Shown here in pieces: positions 1-9,247 of a stretch of 64,000 nucleotides of DNA (its first letter is position 1; the number at the start of each line of letters is the position of its first letter). This DNA is from an uncultured bacterium. GTDB taxonomy: Bacteria > Patescibacteriota > Minisyncoccia > UBA6257 > GWB1-50-10. Location of the stretch: contig CAVYJB010000002.1 in the NCBI GenBank assembly GCA_963768835.1, forward strand, positions 362,466-426,465. The letters are read 5' to 3'. The notes under the pieces were generated by a model. That model saw only the letters and a list, made by a program, of their open reading frames with translations, was not told where the DNA came from and did not search any database. The position numbers were made by a program, and so were the translations under genes.

Positions 1-267
1 GAGCGCTGCCATCGTGCCCGTGGTGAGCATTAGGTAGAATGAGTTACGGAACAAATTGTCACCAAACAGATCTCTTAATTTTCCAAACATATTTGTTGAT
101 TTCCTTGGTCTGGTTTGTGCGTACGAGATATGAATTCTAACAGTATATATAGAACGATATGATAATTACAACATCTATTAGAACCATGGGGATTGACTAA
201 GGGTATTTATCGGTTAATTATATATACTATGTTCAGGATGGTACGGTACACTGTGGCTCAGGCATAG

Positions 268-1599
268 ATGGAGAAGCATGCGGCGCATAAACAGGGTCAG
301 AAGACGCACGCAAAGCGTGCGCTGTTTTTGTTATGCCCGCTACTTGTTTTAGCAGGATTGGTATTTCTAGTATTCTCAAGGTCATCTATGCCTACATTCC
401 TGCATCCTCCGATTAATGTAAATAAACCCACTGCACCAGTTGTATCAAGTAGCGTTTTTGAAGGTAGCACATCGCCAGCCGACGAATCAACAATTACAAC
501 CCCGTCAGCCGATGACGAGTTGGCTCCTCCTCCTGCCTCTCCCGCCATGGTCTCCGCGCAAAGTAAGCTCGCGTATAAATTCGGTGTGTCGTTTGGGGAC
601 GCGTTAGTTGATCTTACTGCCACCGAGATTGGCAAGCGCCTCGACGACCTCGTTCTTCTCGGGCTCGGCTGGATACGGTTCGATATGGCATGGAACGACG
701 TCCAGCCGGATAATAGCACGAGTTATAACTGGTCAAACCTCGACCGTATCGTGGCCGCGGCGGATACCCGCCACATCAAGATGCTTCCGGTCCTTACCTA
801 CACTCCGCGATGGGCGCGTATCTCCGGGTGTTCTTCTAGTAATAATGGTAAATGCGCTCCTGCTGACCCGGCTCTTTTTGCTACCTTCGTTCAGGTTGCA
901 GTCAAGCGTTACGCCACACGGGGTATCTCCACGTGGGAGATATGGAATGAACCGAACCTAGAAGCGTTTTGGAAGCCTGCCCCAAACCCAGTGGAGTATG
1001 CGACGCTTCTCAAGGCTACGTACGGTGCCATTAAATCCCAAGAACCGAATGCCATCGTCGTCACTGGCGGTATGGGGCCGGCCGCCACAAAAAATGGTGA
1101 CATCGCGCCGCTTGAGTTTCTTGCGGAACTCTACCATGACGGAGCGGGGGGCTACTTCGATGCGGTTGGATTTCATCCCTACTCATATCCCGCCATGCCC
1201 TCATATGTACAGTCATGGAATGCATGGTCCCAGATGTCCGACACGAATCCTAGCTTGCGAAGTATTATGACGATGAACGGCGATGCGGGTAAACAAATCT
1301 GGCTTACGGAGTACGGCGCTCCTACTGGCGGCCCGGGATCCATTGAGACCTCAAGCAACGACAGGTCCTTTACCGGGGATCCGCGGTATGTGACCGAAGG
1401 ATTGCAAGCGGAGATGCTTACTGATGCAGTTAAGCTTACTGAGAGATATTCATGGGCCGGGCCGCTCTTTTGGTACAGCTATCAGGATTTGGGGACTTCA
1501 AATAATACCGCTGAGAACTTTTTTGGGCTCATCCGTTTCGATGGCAGTTTAAAACCGGCGTATAATACTCTAAAGCAATTACTCTCTGGTACGCAATGA
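268..1599 (+). CDS. membrane-anchored/secreted glycoside hydrolase, GH5-like (clan GH-A TIM barrel)
   Basis: N-terminal hydrophobic helix. WEIWNEPN (acid/base Glu) and TEYGAPTGGPG (nucleophile Glu) motifs. C-terminal LFWYSYQDLGTSN...ENFFGLIRFDGSLKPAY. Clear paralog of the catalytic domain in 3313..5976. Confidence 0.7.
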   Translation: MEKHAAHKQGQKTHAKRALFLLCPLLVLAGLVFLVFSRSSMPTFLHPPINVNKPTAPVVSSSVFEGSTSPADESTITTPSADDELAPPPASPAMVSAQSKLAYKFGVSFGDALVDLTATEIGKRLDDLVLLGLGWIRFDMAWNDVQPDNSTSYNWSNLDRIVAAADTRHIKMLPVLTYTPRWARISGCSSSNNGKCAPADPALFATFVQVAVKRYATRGISTWEIWNEPNLEAFWKPAPNPVEYATLLKATYGAIKSQEPNAIVVTGGMGPAATKNGDIAPLEFLAELYHDGAGGYFDAVGFHPYSYPAMPSYVQSWNAWSQMSDTNPSLRSIMTMNGDAGKQIWLTEYGAPTGGPGSIETSSNDRSFTGDPRYVTEGLQAEMLTDAVKLTERYSWAGPLFWYSYQDLGTSNNTAENFFGLIRFDGSLKPAYNTLKQLLSGTQ

Positions 1600-1618
1600 T
1601 ACGCCAACTTATATTTGT

Positions 1619-2242
1619 ATGAAAATATTGGGGCGAGGATGGCAATATACAGCCTATGAAATCGGGAATGGGAGGGTATTGAAGAAATTTAATACCCGAT
1701 TGGTTGCATACTGCATGATGTTGCATGATTGTTTCCCGTATGTAAAAAATCCTATGTGGAGATTTCCTGAGTATTATGCGCAAAGCAAGCGGGAAATAGT
1801 CAACTCGATGAAAATCATCCCCCATGCTACCCTTGAAGGCTGGATGTTAGGGAACCCGCGCATACTTACTGATTGTGATTATGAGCAGGATGCGCTTATG
1901 TCGCTACGCAAACATTTTAAGCATGCGACGGAAGAGGAGGGAAAGACAATCATTAACGCTTTTGTTCATTTTAATAAGACGCTTATCGCACATTCACTCG
2001 TTGACAGAAATTTCAATATCACCGACAACTTCGCCATGAATACAGAAGGAAAGATTGTGCTGATGGATTTGGGTGAGCTCTACTCCGACCCTGAGCAGAT
2101 TCGATTGTATCTTGTGTTGCGCCCATGGGCTGTATGGGACATCACGCATACCTTGCCCGAGGACCTCCGTGAATACTTTGTTCGGGCGATGGATGCGGCT
2201 TTTGCACCCACGTCCACGGATATAGGGCACGCTCAAAGCTAG
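1619..2242 (+). CDS. hypothetical protein in a low-GC island, possibly an atypical kinase-like fold
   Basis: Complete ORF. GC visibly lower than its neighbours. Gly-rich YEIGNGRV segment and a DLG motif are weakly reminiscent of small-molecule kinase folds. Sits between the GH gene and a GH remnant. Confidence 0.35.
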   Translation: MKILGRGWQYTAYEIGNGRVLKKFNTRLVAYCMMLHDCFPYVKNPMWRFPEYYAQSKREIVNSMKIIPHATLEGWMLGNPRILTDCDYEQDALMSLRKHFKHATEEEGKTIINAFVHFNKTLIAHSLVDRNFNITDNFAMNTEGKIVLMDLGELYSDPEQIRLYLVLRPWAVWDITHTLPEDLREYFVRAMDAAFAPTSTDIGHAQS

Positions 2243-2262
2243 AATCATATCAGGGTGCCATC

Positions 2263-2428
2263 ACGAATATTTGCAGGGCGTCCTGGGCCGGGCTGCTCCT
2301 TTTCTAGAACCACCGTGATATCGGTACTGTGACGATCACCAATGAGAACCTCTTCGGCGTTGTCCGCTATGATGGCATGGATAAGCCCGCCTATGCGATC
2401 CTCCAAACCTTGCTTTCCTCAAACTAAG
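2263..2428 (+). pseudogene. decayed C-terminal remnant of a third GH5-like paralog
   Basis: Frame 1 reads ..SWAGLLLF*NHRDIGTVTITNENLFGVVRYDGMDKPAYAILQTLLSSN*. This aligns to YSWAGPLFWYSYQDLGTSN..ENFFGLIRFDGSLKPAYNTLKQLL of the intact copies. There is an in-frame TAG where Trp (TGG) is expected. Confidence 0.55.
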
Positions 2429-2459
2429 ATTCAATACTTAACTTAATTTACCAACAACA

Positions 2460-2894
2460 ATGAAAACACTACGCGCGCTTTCGCTCACATTTTTTATCTT
2501 CGGTCTCCTTGGGTGGGTCTACATCGCCGGGAGCGCTGTGCTTCGTCCGGATAATCTCGACGAGCCGCTCACACACTTTCTTCCGTGGTTGCGCGCAGAT
2601 ACCTCCGGCGCCGCCTGCTTTGTCCTCTTCCTCCTCGCATTCTTTGTCTGGAACATTCTGCGTGATGAAAATCGGCGTATGAGGTCTCTGCGCTCATTAT
2701 CTCTGACGTTAGCTGTCCTTGGTTTTTCTGGCTGGGTCTATATCGCCGGGAACGCCATCTCGCACCCCGAAACACTTTCCCTTCCGCTTACGCACTTCTT
2801 GGACTTTCCCCGTGAGGATACCTTTGGTGCCGCCTGCTTTGCAATCTCATTTATCTCATTCTTTGTCTGGAATCTCCTTCGGGAAGAAAAATAA
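2460..2894 (+). CDS. small membrane protein built from an internal tandem duplication
   Basis: Residues 5-72 and 78-144 are two ~67-aa repeats (LSLTFFIFGLLGWVYIAGSAV..THFLPW..GAACF..FFVWNILRDE vs LSLTLAVLGFSGWVYIAGNAI..THFLDF..GAACF..FFVWNLLREE). Each repeat has two TM helices. Confidence 0.5.
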   Translation: MKTLRALSLTFFIFGLLGWVYIAGSAVLRPDNLDEPLTHFLPWLRADTSGAACFVLFLLAFFVWNILRDENRRMRSLRSLSLTLAVLGFSGWVYIAGNAISHPETLSLPLTHFLDFPREDTFGAACFAISFISFFVWNLLREEK

Positions 2895-3312
2895 TACCTT
2901 TTAGCTCCCACCGTCGGCTCATTCGAGTGGAATCCTCGCGTAGCTTGCTCCGTAAGGCGCTGCAATAAAAGGTTTGTGGTGTATGGGACGTAGAGGCCCG
3001 CGATGCGCAGGCCTCGCCATACTGTTGCGTAAGGCCGATCAGTTCGTGGTAACATTACGGTTTGTCCATGAACATATCCAATGTTGGTTCTTTTGGTCGG
3101 TTCGCTCTAGAGAGTCCCGGGGGATCCCGAATGATTTTCTTAATTAATATGCCTAGCGGTTCCAGGCGCATGCGGCGCTACACAGTGCATACGACACCGT
3201 GGAATTCTTTCGGTATAGTTATATAAAATGAAGCACGAAGCGTGTAGCAGGCAGCACTTGAAGCAAGAATGATGGGCTATATGTTACGTGGTGCACGATA
3301 TGGGTAGGTGCA

Positions 3313-5976
3313 ATGAAAAAGAAACACATTATCATCGTTAGCGTCGTCGCTGTGCTTCTCTTCGGCATGGTGGGGTTTCTGCGGACCGACTCCTCGGCGC
3401 GGAACACCCTTCGCGGCCTCGGGATGCTCCGGAGCAGGGGACTCGCGCAGCTCCTGGACCTTATCTCAGGCACCTCTACGTCTCCGGTTGAAACTACTTC
3501 GAATCCGCCCGAGAGCACCAGCACCTCCCCGACGCCGCCGCCACTGCCTACTGTCACGCTCCAGGCCGTCTCGACCACTATCACCGCCTCGAGCTCCACC
3601 CTGCTCCAGTGGTCCTCCACGGACGCGGATGCCTGTACGGCCTCGGGCGGGTGGAGCGGACCTGAAGCCACCTCGGGTACCGCGACGAGCTGGGCTCTCG
3701 CGACTGACACCCTTTTCTCCCTCGCCTGCACGAACGTGACGGGGAGCGCAACCTCCTCCGTCACGGTGGCCGTGGTTCCGCCGCCTGACACCACTCCGCC
3801 TACCGTCTTCTTCACAAGTCCCGTGGACGGGGCCAGCGTCTCCGGGACCGTCACGGTTGCCGCGAACGCCTCCGATAACGTGGGAGTGGCAGGAGTGCGG
3901 TTTACCCTGGACGCCGTGCCGCTCGGACCCGAGATTATCGCGACGACCTATGCGATGCAATGGGACACGGCGTCCACGACGAATGGTTCTCACACACTCG
4001 AAGCGATTGCGCGCGACGCGGCGGCGAACACGGCCTCTGCCACACTCACGGTGGCGGTCCTGAACGCTATCCCAAATACTTCAGTAGTTGTTCCGCCAAC
4101 CCTCGCAACACCCCCCTTCGGCATATCCTTTGCCGATTCTCTGCCTGGCCTTTCGGCGAACGCGCTTGGAGACCAACTCAATGCCGAGGTCGCGCTAGGG
4201 GCAAGGTGGGCGCGCATCGACATGGCCTGGAGCGACGTCCAGCCGATCTCGAGTACGACTTTCAACTGGGTAGATCTTGACCGGGTTGTGGCCGTAGCAC
4301 GGGCACGCAACATCCAGCTACTTCCCATGCTCGGCTACACACCCGCATGGGCGCGCCCCGCAGGGTGCACGGTTGAGACCTGCGCTCCCGCCAGCCCGAA
4401 TGCCTTCGCGGTTTTCGTGAAAGCGGCTGTTGCCCGCTACGCGCCCCAGGGCATCTTCGCGTGGGAGATCTGGAACGAGCCGAACATCACGGGTTTCTGG
4501 CAGCCCGCGCCGAGCCCGACGAACTACGTCGCGCTTCTCAAGGCGGCCTATGCCGCCATCAAGGCGCAGGAGCCCGCCTCCATCGTGATTTCGGGCGGTA
4601 TGGCGCCCGCGGCGACCGCAGGCTCGGATTTTTCGCCTATCGATTTCCTTACGCAGATATATCAGCAGGGCGCGGAACCGTACTTCGACGCCGTAGGGTT
4701 CCATCCGTACTCCTATCCCGCGATGCCGTCCTATGCAGTTTCATGGAACGCTTGGACGCAGATGTCGGCTACCACGCCGACGAGCCTCCGCAGCATCATG
4801 ATGGCGAACGGGGATTCTGGGAAAAACATTTGGATGACCGAGTACGGCGCGCCGACGGGAGGGCCCGGGGCGCTTGAATCCTCCGCCACAGACACACAGT
4901 TCACCGGGGCTCCCGATCACGTCACGGAAGCGCTCCAGGCGCAGATACTCTCAAGCGCCGTTGCGCTCGCGAGCGGATATTCTTGGGCGGGTCCGCTATT
5001 CTGGTACAGCTATCAGGATTTAGGGACTTCAAACACCACCAACGAGAACTTCTTTGGTATTCTCCGCTTTGATGGAAGTCAGAAGCCTGCATACGCCGCG
5101 ATGAAGCAGGCCTTCACGGGCACCGGCGGGGGAACAAGCGGAGGAACGACGACGAGTACTAGCACGAGCACTCCCTCGGGTGGAGGTGGAACTTCCACGA
5201 GCACGGCAACTTCGACACCTCCCAAGCTCGGTGGGAGTCAAACCTCAACATCCACGAGCACCTCCACGCTTCCTAAGGTGGGCGGGGGACAAACCTCAAC
5301 ATCTACAACGACCTCGACACTCTCACAGACGGCTACCAGCACCACAACCTCAACTCCGTTAACAGTTTCGGCCGTGCCGACCATCCTCGCATCCGGGGGC
5401 GGAGGAGGTGGAGGCGGAGGTGGAGGCGGCGGAGGAGGAGGCGGTATTCCTCTTATCCCGGCATCCACACCTCCAAATTCGGCTCTCAGCCCCAGTACGG
5501 CTGTTACGCTCCCTGCCACAGCGAACACGGGAACTTCAAACGCACCCGGAGGCGGTGGAGAAGGTGGTATTCCCGCACTCGCGGCCGGCGCTGTACTCGC
5601 CCCCGGCATACGCAGCACCAGCGTAGCAACCCTCCAGACCATGCTCACAGAGGATCCTACCTTGCTCCCCAAACGTTTCATCACAGGGTACTACGGAGCG
5701 GCGACGACTTGGGCTGTGGCACAGTTCCAGACGCGCTATGCGGTCCCGCTTTCTGCCGCGACCGGCGATTCCTCAGGCGTCGTGGGCAGCGTCACGCTTA
5801 TGAAACTAGATGAAGTCTTCGCACCGGAGACCTCAACCACGCCGACGTCCCCGTCCGCACCCCCAGCGGCCACCCTCCCCCCCGAGGTTCGAAGCGCGAT
5901 TACCACTAAGATTAATCTCCTTCTTCAGCTCGTGAACCTGCTCTACGCGCAGTTGCGACTCCTTACGGGCCACTGA
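3313..5976 (+). CDS. secreted multidomain hydrolase: signal peptide, Ig-like domain, GH5-like catalytic domain, Thr/Ser/poly-Gly linker, peptidoglycan-binding domain
   Basis: N-terminal signal/TM helix. Big/Ig-like segment (VTVAANASDNVGVAGVRFTLD). Catalytic core WEIWNEPN / TEYGAPTGGPG paralogous to 268..1599. TSTSTS and G17 low-complexity linker. C-terminal PG_binding_1-like motif (YYGAATTWAVAQFQTRY). Confidence 0.7.
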   Translation: MKKKHIIIVSVVAVLLFGMVGFLRTDSSARNTLRGLGMLRSRGLAQLLDLISGTSTSPVETTSNPPESTSTSPTPPPLPTVTLQAVSTTITASSSTLLQWSSTDADACTASGGWSGPEATSGTATSWALATDTLFSLACTNVTGSATSSVTVAVVPPPDTTPPTVFFTSPVDGASVSGTVTVAANASDNVGVAGVRFTLDAVPLGPEIIATTYAMQWDTASTTNGSHTLEAIARDAAANTASATLTVAVLNAIPNTSVVVPPTLATPPFGISFADSLPGLSANALGDQLNAEVALGARWARIDMAWSDVQPISSTTFNWVDLDRVVAVARARNIQLLPMLGYTPAWARPAGCTVETCAPASPNAFAVFVKAAVARYAPQGIFAWEIWNEPNITGFWQPAPSPTNYVALLKAAYAAIKAQEPASIVISGGMAPAATAGSDFSPIDFLTQIYQQGAEPYFDAVGFHPYSYPAMPSYAVSWNAWTQMSATTPTSLRSIMMANGDSGKNIWMTEYGAPTGGPGALESSATDTQFTGAPDHVTEALQAQILSSAVALASGYSWAGPLFWYSYQDLGTSNTTNENFFGILRFDGSQKPAYAAMKQAFTGTGGGTSGGTTTSTSTSTPSGGGGTSTSTATSTPPKLGGSQTSTSTSTSTLPKVGGGQTSTSTTTSTLSQTATSTTTSTPLTVSAVPTILASGGGGGGGGGGGGGGGGGIPLIPASTPPNSALSPSTAVTLPATANTGTSNAPGGGGEGGIPALAAGAVLAPGIRSTSVATLQTMLTEDPTLLPKRFITGYYGAATTWAVAQFQTRYAVPLSAATGDSSGVVGSVTLMKLDEVFAPETSTTPTSPSAPPAATLPPEVRSAITTKINLLLQLVNLLYAQLRLLTGH
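5395..5448 (+). repeat. (GGN)n simple-sequence tract encoding G17
   Basis: ggcggaggaggtggaggcggaggtggaggcggcggaggaggaggcggt inside 3313..5976. Confidence 0.85.
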
Positions 5977-6076
5977 CGCTGCTGGGATAGGGGACAGGGC
6001 CAATTGAGAAGTGGGTCAAGAGCCACTCGTTCATCGGTGTGGCCCTTTCATTTGCACTCGGCGCGCCTCGAAGATA

Positions 6077-6105
6077 TTGACGAATTATAGATAATATACT
6101 ATACT
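6077..6105 (+). promoter_or_regulatory. sigma70-type promoter TTGACG-N17-TATACT for 6167..7999
   Basis: Direct sequence match in an AT-rich stretch upstream. Confidence 0.5.
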
Positions 6106-6166
6106 ATGCCCAGCTTTTTCACAGTAGGTAATCCACATCCACAACAACCTGAAGGGAGCACCCATC

Positions 6167-7999
6167 ATGTTTTTCCTCATCGCTCTTGCTATGGCAGTCG
6201 CGGGCAGCGTTCCGCTGCTTGTTGCCCGCCAGTTTTCGAACGCGGTCATCGCGACGATCCCGTATTTCCTCCTCTCGCTGGTGGTCGTCTATTGCGGCGT
6301 TCCGTCCCTTGTCTGGCCGCTGCTTGGCGTCGTCGGAGTCCTCACGCTCGTGTATCTCGCGATCAGCGCGGCCGTCGCGATCAATACGGGGGATCTTGAA
6401 ACCCCTGGTAAGATTGCCGTTCTGGCTTTTCCTGCGATTGGGTTCCTCGCGCTCACCGTGGAATCATGCGGAGGGTGCGAAGCAATCAATGCGGAAGAGT
6501 ATTCGAATCTGATTGGCACGGTTGAGCACCGGGAATGGACGCAGGACGTGCAGCCGAAGGATCCGAAGCATATTCGGATCGTCTCCACCGAGAACGCATT
6601 CTCCCTGGCGGATAAGCAGTTCGGTTCCGTGCCCGGCGCGATCGGGAGCCAGTTCGAGATCGACAAGGAATACATGACGCTTCAGATCGTTCGGGGCGAG
6701 CTCTGGTATGTCGCTCCGCTCGATTTCCGGGGCTATAGTGTCTGGACGTCGACGGATGGCGCGCCGGGGTACGTCATGATCAGCGCGGAAGATCCGTTCT
6801 ATCCCGTGAAGGTTGTGACGAATCACAAGTTCGTGTATACGCCGGGGGCGTTCTTCGGCAACGAACTCGACCGGTATCTCTGGTTGCATGGCTATATGAT
6901 GAAGGGCCTCACCGACGTAAGCTTCGAGATCGACGAGGATCTGAAGCCGTGGTGGGTGGTGACGGTGTTCGAGCCGACCATCGCGTTCTGGGGGGAGAAG
7001 ACCCGCGGGGTGGTGCTCGTGGATCCGGAGAGTGGCGCGCTGCAGTACTATCCAATCGGGGAAATACCGAGCTGGGTCGACCGCGCCGTTCCGAAATCGT
7101 TCACAAAGAGTTACATCGAGTACGTCGGAAAACTGAAGGATGGGTGGTTGAATAGTTGGTGGGAGAAGAAGAACCTCACCCAACCCGAGGAACCGAGGCT
7201 CATCTATGGCTCCGATAAGCAGCCGTACTGGGCGACCGTGATCACCTCGACGAACAACAAGGACAACTCGATGGTCGGGCTCTACTACACGAATTCCCGC
7301 ACCGGGAAAACGGTGTTCTACCACGCGAAGGGCAGCACGGAGGAGGCCATCCTCACCGCCGTGAACAACAAGGTGTCGTACATGAAGCGCCACGGCGACA
7401 GCCCCGTGCTCTATAACATTTACGGGACCATGGCCTACATCGTGCCGGTTCTTGGCGAGAACCATATTTTCCAGGGCGTGGCCATCTGCGACGTCGAGAA
7501 CCTCCTCGTCGCGCTGGGCAGCAACGAGGTCGAGGCGTATCGGCAGTACCAGAAACTCCTCTCGTCCGTCGGGCAGCAGGTTGCCCCGGAACTCGAGCAT
7601 GGGATGTCCGAGGTGGTTGGCGTTGTCGATCGCTTCGCCGCGGAGCCAAGGGAAGGCGGTATGCTTTATATTCTCCATACGCCCGCCGCACCGGATGTCC
7701 TGTTCTCGGGAGGATACGAACTTTCACCCAAGCTTCCCGTGACGAAAGAAGGGGACAAGGTGAAGCTCGGATTCGTGAGTTCGGGCGAGGATGTCGTTCC
7801 GCTGACGCATTTCGACAATCTGTCGCTATCCTTGCGGATGACGACGGACGAGGCCGCCGTGCGTGCGCGGGGGGAGGAACGGCGCGATAGCGTCCGTGTC
7901 GAGAAGGAGGATCGATCGGCACGGGCGACGGTGCAGAACCTCTCCGATGAAGATCTGAAACAGCTTCTCAAACTCAAAGACGAGAAAGGGAAGAAATAA
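6167..7999 (+). CDS. membrane-anchored hypothetical protein (3-4 N-terminal TM helices, large extracytoplasmic domain, charged C-terminus)
   Basis: 610-aa ORF. Promoter TTGACG-N17-TATACT upstream. Hairpin terminator downstream. No recognisable catalytic motif. Confidence 0.5.
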   Translation: MFFLIALAMAVAGSVPLLVARQFSNAVIATIPYFLLSLVVVYCGVPSLVWPLLGVVGVLTLVYLAISAAVAINTGDLETPGKIAVLAFPAIGFLALTVESCGGCEAINAEEYSNLIGTVEHREWTQDVQPKDPKHIRIVSTENAFSLADKQFGSVPGAIGSQFEIDKEYMTLQIVRGELWYVAPLDFRGYSVWTSTDGAPGYVMISAEDPFYPVKVVTNHKFVYTPGAFFGNELDRYLWLHGYMMKGLTDVSFEIDEDLKPWWVVTVFEPTIAFWGEKTRGVVLVDPESGALQYYPIGEIPSWVDRAVPKSFTKSYIEYVGKLKDGWLNSWWEKKNLTQPEEPRLIYGSDKQPYWATVITSTNNKDNSMVGLYYTNSRTGKTVFYHAKGSTEEAILTAVNNKVSYMKRHGDSPVLYNIYGTMAYIVPVLGENHIFQGVAICDVENLLVALGSNEVEAYRQYQKLLSSVGQQVAPELEHGMSEVVGVVDRFAAEPREGGMLYILHTPAAPDVLFSGGYELSPKLPVTKEGDKVKLGFVSSGEDVVPLTHFDNLSLSLRMTTDEAAVRARGEERRDSVRVEKEDRSARATVQNLSDEDLKQLLKLKDEKGKK

Positions 8000-8047
8000 G
8001 ATAGGGGACCGTAGTGTACGTGTCCCATGAAACAAAGGGCGTGAGTC

Positions 8048-8080
8048 TATGACTTACGCCCTTTTTATTTACATCGGATA
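8048..8080 (+). terminator. intrinsic terminator (GC hairpin + TTTTTATTT)
   Basis: gggcgtgagtctatgacttacgccc tttttattt. Confidence 0.65.
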
Positions 8081-8114
8081 AAGCCTGCGCTCTCCGAACG
8101 AGGACCCTGAAACA

Positions 8115-8144
8115 TTGACAATATTGCATTATATATGCTATAAT
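8115..8144 (+). promoter_or_regulatory. consensus promoter TTGACA-N18-TATAAT (module copy 1)
   Basis: ttgacaatattgcattatatatgctataat, followed by a conserved leader to ATG 8196. Confidence 0.7.
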
Positions 8145-8195
8145 AGAGTTAGCAAGAAACTCACGTTTTCCCTCACAACTTCAAAAGGCACATCC

Positions 8196-9050
8196 ATGAA
8201 GATTATTGCATCTCCATCGACCGTTGCTGCGATTGAGCGGTATTTCAAATACCTCGTTCCTCCTGAATCCTTCGACGATCTCGTGATTGTCATCGCGGAG
8301 TTCGTGGAAGGCAATGGGTACTATTCCGATCTTCACGGGATCGACCAGGTGAAGCGCTACGCCGACGACCCGAAACTTTTCGTGGTTCTCATGAGCTTCT
8401 TGAATGCGGAGGCAATCGCGGAGCGGGGGCCGGAATTTGCGGGCCTTCTGAGTTATGCAAACGTCGCGTTTGCGCGTCTCCCGGACGTGGGAGAAGCAGT
8501 GCGCGTGTATCGTGAACTGAAGTCAGGAAGCAAGAAGGAGGATGCGTTGGGGAAGAGGCTGTTCGAGATCGAAAACATCGACCGGACGGTATCTATTCTC
8601 CGGCACGACCTCCATTACGCCGAGGAGAATGCCAAGAAGATGCAGAGCTGGCTTACGCAGGCTCGCGAAGCGGGTTTCAGCGGCTCTCCCCAGGAGATCG
8701 TCGCCGCCGTGCGCAACTGGAAGCGCGCCACCGCAGGAAAGTGCGAAGGGCAGTATTTCGGAGGGCTCTTCGTGGATTTCCAGGGAACCCTCGTGAAGGA
8801 TGGCGTGGTGCAGAAGGCGGTTCTGGAGAAGGTCCGTCGGCTTGCCGCGGGGCGCTCCATCACGGTCATCACAGACAGCGATCTCCAGGAGGTTCGGAAA
8901 ACCCTGGCGGGGCTGGGCTTGCCCGTGGCGTCAAAGTTTGACCTCAAGGGCGCCGAGCTCGAAACTGTCGTTGATGATCTTTCGCAGAAGGAGTTCCGCG
9001 CGACCTACGGGATCGTTCCTCGGCAGTTCATCCGCGTCGATGCGCTATAA
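8196..9050 (+). CDS. hypothetical protein (C-terminal DFQGTL HAD-motif-I-like segment, second Asp replaced)
   Basis: ORF downstream of a consensus promoter and a conserved leader. Terminator at 8048..8080 closes the upstream gene and another follows this one. Confidence 0.45.
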   Translation: MKIIASPSTVAAIERYFKYLVPPESFDDLVIVIAEFVEGNGYYSDLHGIDQVKRYADDPKLFVVLMSFLNAEAIAERGPEFAGLLSYANVAFARLPDVGEAVRVYRELKSGSKKEDALGKRLFEIENIDRTVSILRHDLHYAEENAKKMQSWLTQAREAGFSGSPQEIVAAVRNWKRATAGKCEGQYFGGLFVDFQGTLVKDGVVQKAVLEKVRRLAAGRSITVITDSDLQEVRKTLAGLGLPVASKFDLKGAELETVVDDLSQKEFRATYGIVPRQFIRVDAL

Positions 9051-9171
9051 TCTTCCACCGATCGAAATCCAGGAGGACTGGAGTGAAAAAACCGAAGGAT
9101 TTTTACTGACGTAATTGTCCCCACACGCGGAGCTCGCCGCGTGGAACTGAAGGCCCATGGCCACGAGTTAA

Positions 9172-9203
9172 GGCTCAGCATTATGCTGGGCCTTTCTATT
9201 TTT
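9172..9203 (+). terminator. intrinsic terminator
   Basis: ggctcagca tta tgctgggcc tttctattttt. Confidence 0.5.
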
Positions 9204-9217
9204 AAGCGCCTGGAATA

Positions 9218-9247
9218 TTGACAATCCGTACATATTTGTGCTATAAT
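9218..9247 (+). promoter_or_regulatory. consensus promoter TTGACA-N18-TATAAT (module copy 2)
   Basis: ttgacaatccgtacatatttgtgctataat. The leader is near-identical to copy 1. Confidence 0.7.

Noticed and set aside
3106-3228. Cluster of 6-cutter restriction sites (XbaI tctaga, SmaI cccggg, BamHI ggatcc, PacI ttaattaa, SphI gcatgc, EcoRI gaattc) within ~120 bp, resembling a cloning-vector polylinker
   Set aside because: The order and spacers do not match any common MCS (pUC/pBluescript) that I can recall. GGATCC and CCCGGG recur inside ordinary coding sequence in this GC-rich contig (e.g. cccgggatcc at 1333..1342). Most likely chance, but worth a vector-contamination screen.
3219-3854. Many long minus-strand ORFs antisense to GC-rich genes (e.g. 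3219..3854, 6464..7678, 14071..14949, 25086..26018, 38479..39816, 40506..41981, 41915..43600)
   Set aside because: These are typical shadow ORFs created by high GC and codon bias. Each lies entirely opposite a plus-strand gene with clear homology or domain structure. They have Arg/Pro/Gly-rich low-complexity translations and no translation signals.
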